Shown here: positions 62,096 through 64,000 of the stretch, piece after piece | Numbering within the stretch: position 1 is the first letter of the stretch | Layout of the letters: every line of letters starts with the position of its first letter | Origin: Leucoraja erinacea | Taxonomy: Eukaryota | Length of the DNA stretch: 64,000 nucleotides | Reading direction: 5' to 3' | Assembly (NCBI RefSeq): GCF_028641065.1 | Contig: NC_073405.1 | Span: forward strand, 17,794,001 to 17,858,000 | Made by a program: the position numbers and the translations under genes | The notes under the pieces: generated by a model | What the model was told of the DNA's origin: nothing | The model's input: the letters and a program-made list of their open reading frames with translations, nothing else | Databases searched by the model: none

Positions 62096-64000
62096 GTAAA
62101 GAACTTCTTTGCACACTTAATACTGATAATGCTGATCCGTATAATTTATTGATTATATTGGTTGTTGTATATGTTTGATCTTCATTCTTTAAAATCTGAT
62201 TTTAACAAGAGATTGCAAGTGCTGGAATCTTGAGCAATAACAAACTGCGAGAGGAACTAAGTGACTCAGGCAGAATCTGTGGAGGGAAGTGGACAGTGCG
62301 AAGATGGGTCATGACCCGAAATGTCGTTTCTCCGTTTCCCTACCCTCTGAGTTGCTCCAGCAGTTTGTTTTTTGAACAGGAACCCTTTGCCACTTAAATG
62401 TGATTTCAGAAGATGAGAGTTGCTATGGCCTGGCTCGCAATGCTGAGTAGATGAGGAATTTGGTAGATCTGATCTTTCCACATAATGCCAAGGAAGTACC
62501 TGTGCTTTAAAACAGAGCACAAAGGTCCCTTGTGCACAGAGATTTTCAATGGTGCTTGCATTCATTGTCAACAGAGTGGTGTATCTCCTTGGTGATAAAC
62601 CACACGGTGCATGCTGCTCCAATGCAATGGGTCTCTTTGGCTTCCTTGTTGACTGCGAAAACATGGGCTCCGAAGACAAAATGGAAGGAATAAATATGAA
62701 AGATAAAACACCCTAAACAAGATGCATTTAGTCACTCAATACAAATTACATTTTTGAAATGTTATTTCAAGAATTAATGTTAAATTATGCAAAGTTCAAA
62801 TCTGTTTAAAATTAAGGTTCAAAATTAACATATTGTGAGATGAATACTAATTAGCCATCTAGAAGTCATTCTGGTGTTTTGGACCAAGGAAAGTACTTGT
62901 GCAGTTCAGTGAAGTAGAAATGGAGAAACTCAATTAGAGAAATGCATTGTATTGTGACCTAATTGTTTGTAATTAACCAATTATCCACATCTGTGAAAAA
63001 CCATTACATTTTATAAAGATTGGCACCAAAGATTTGTCTTTACATGGGTAAATCAAAGATCATAGGGCTTAATTGAGCTTTACATAAGGCAGGCAGTAAA
63101 CCTTGACGTGATTGTTTATAAGTAGCAATATGATTTGATTCGCTCTTCATGTTCCTTTTTTGACCTCTATGAAATGTGCAAAGCAGGGCATTTCAGACTC
63201 GGCTTTTCTGGAAGCAATTGAACAAGGAATATCAGTTCATGTTGGATCAACCATATTCTTCAAGGGAAAAAAAAAGCATAGTCAAAAAAATGGAGATCCA
63301 AACTTAACAAAGTTGTGATGTTACTGTGTTTGAGAATTACAGGCTACATAGAGAAGTTGTTGGAATTTGGATTAGATGGGTAAAATGACTTTCCTGTCCT
63401 TGTGCTTTTCTGACAAAACAGTTTTGTGCATCAGAATCCTGGCTTCAAAACCACATGTTCCACCACTGGCTGAGCTCTTACATTGTGCTGGTTGCAGGAT
63501 AAAGGTTTGAGCAGCTTCCACATTCAATATCGTAAAAATGGCTGAGCCAGTTGGGATCAATAGATCAGCAGAAAGAGTCCCTTGGGAGACCCAGCCCAGG
63601 ATCTGCATAGACTATTCCAGATGTTTGGAGTCATTGCTAGTTTGAAGTCTGTGCCTGAAGATTGCCTGATGGAAATTATGCTCATGGCCAACTGAAGGAC
63701 CACCCACAGCTCCAAAATCCAAGCAAATTTGGCATCCCCATTGAGAGTGGTGAATATGCCCACAACCACTCAGTCCCGTGAAGCCAGACTGAGGCTGGTG
63801 AATTAATCATAGAGGTCCACAAGAGAGCTCCGGCTATGGCTTGTAGACGGTCCAGGAATTAGACGATACTTATAGCTACTATGGGAAGGTCTGCCATGAA
63901 CACTTTGGCCTCTCTCCCAGAACAGTATGCAGCAAAGTTGGCTGACTTTGCTACTGTCTTCTCATTTTCCAAGATATTTGATCATCATTTTCTTATAATA

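Noticed and set aside
63422-63504. Acceptor-like site followed by LCIRILASKPHVPPLAELLHCAGCRIKV, faintly like the KDM4 PHD1 CxxC
   Set aside because: Wrong phase for joining to the phase-0 donor at 62095, and it lacks the conserved KTRPLIPEMCF block; the next true exon probably lies beyond the window.

Overview
This is vertebrate genomic DNA, not prokaryotic. The repeat content (HE1-type SINEs, CR1/HER1 tails, Deu-domain SINEs) points to a cartilaginous fish, probably a skate or ray; that assignment is inference. The window covers the middle of a + strand KDM4B (JMJD2B) histone demethylase gene. Five coding exons with consistent splice phases lie at 35401-35597, 42337-42572, 47205-47626, 49139-49259 and 61917-62095. 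I found no upstream exon in 1-35400, so that part appears to be one large intron. The rest is intronic and rich in transposons: Penelope-like retroelements and many short copies of their ends, Rex1/Babar and CR1 LINE fragments, SINEs, Helitron ends, Tc1, hAT, Harbinger and pogo-type elements. There is a 184-nt assembly gap. Most notable: (1) a minimal hammerhead-ribozyme core in the Penelope ends, intact here only antisense to KDM4B; (2) a pogo-type MITE carrying a tRNA-Met-like Pol III cassette and a long hairpin; (3) a 1-kb TAG...CTA DNA transposon with a 7-bp target-site duplication; (4) a decayed THAP-domain exon beside the gap; (5) a 142-bp direct repeat bracketing a KDM4B exon. Most entries in the ORF track are spurious. 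All calls were made by eye without database searches, and repeat boundaries are approximate unless termini are quoted.
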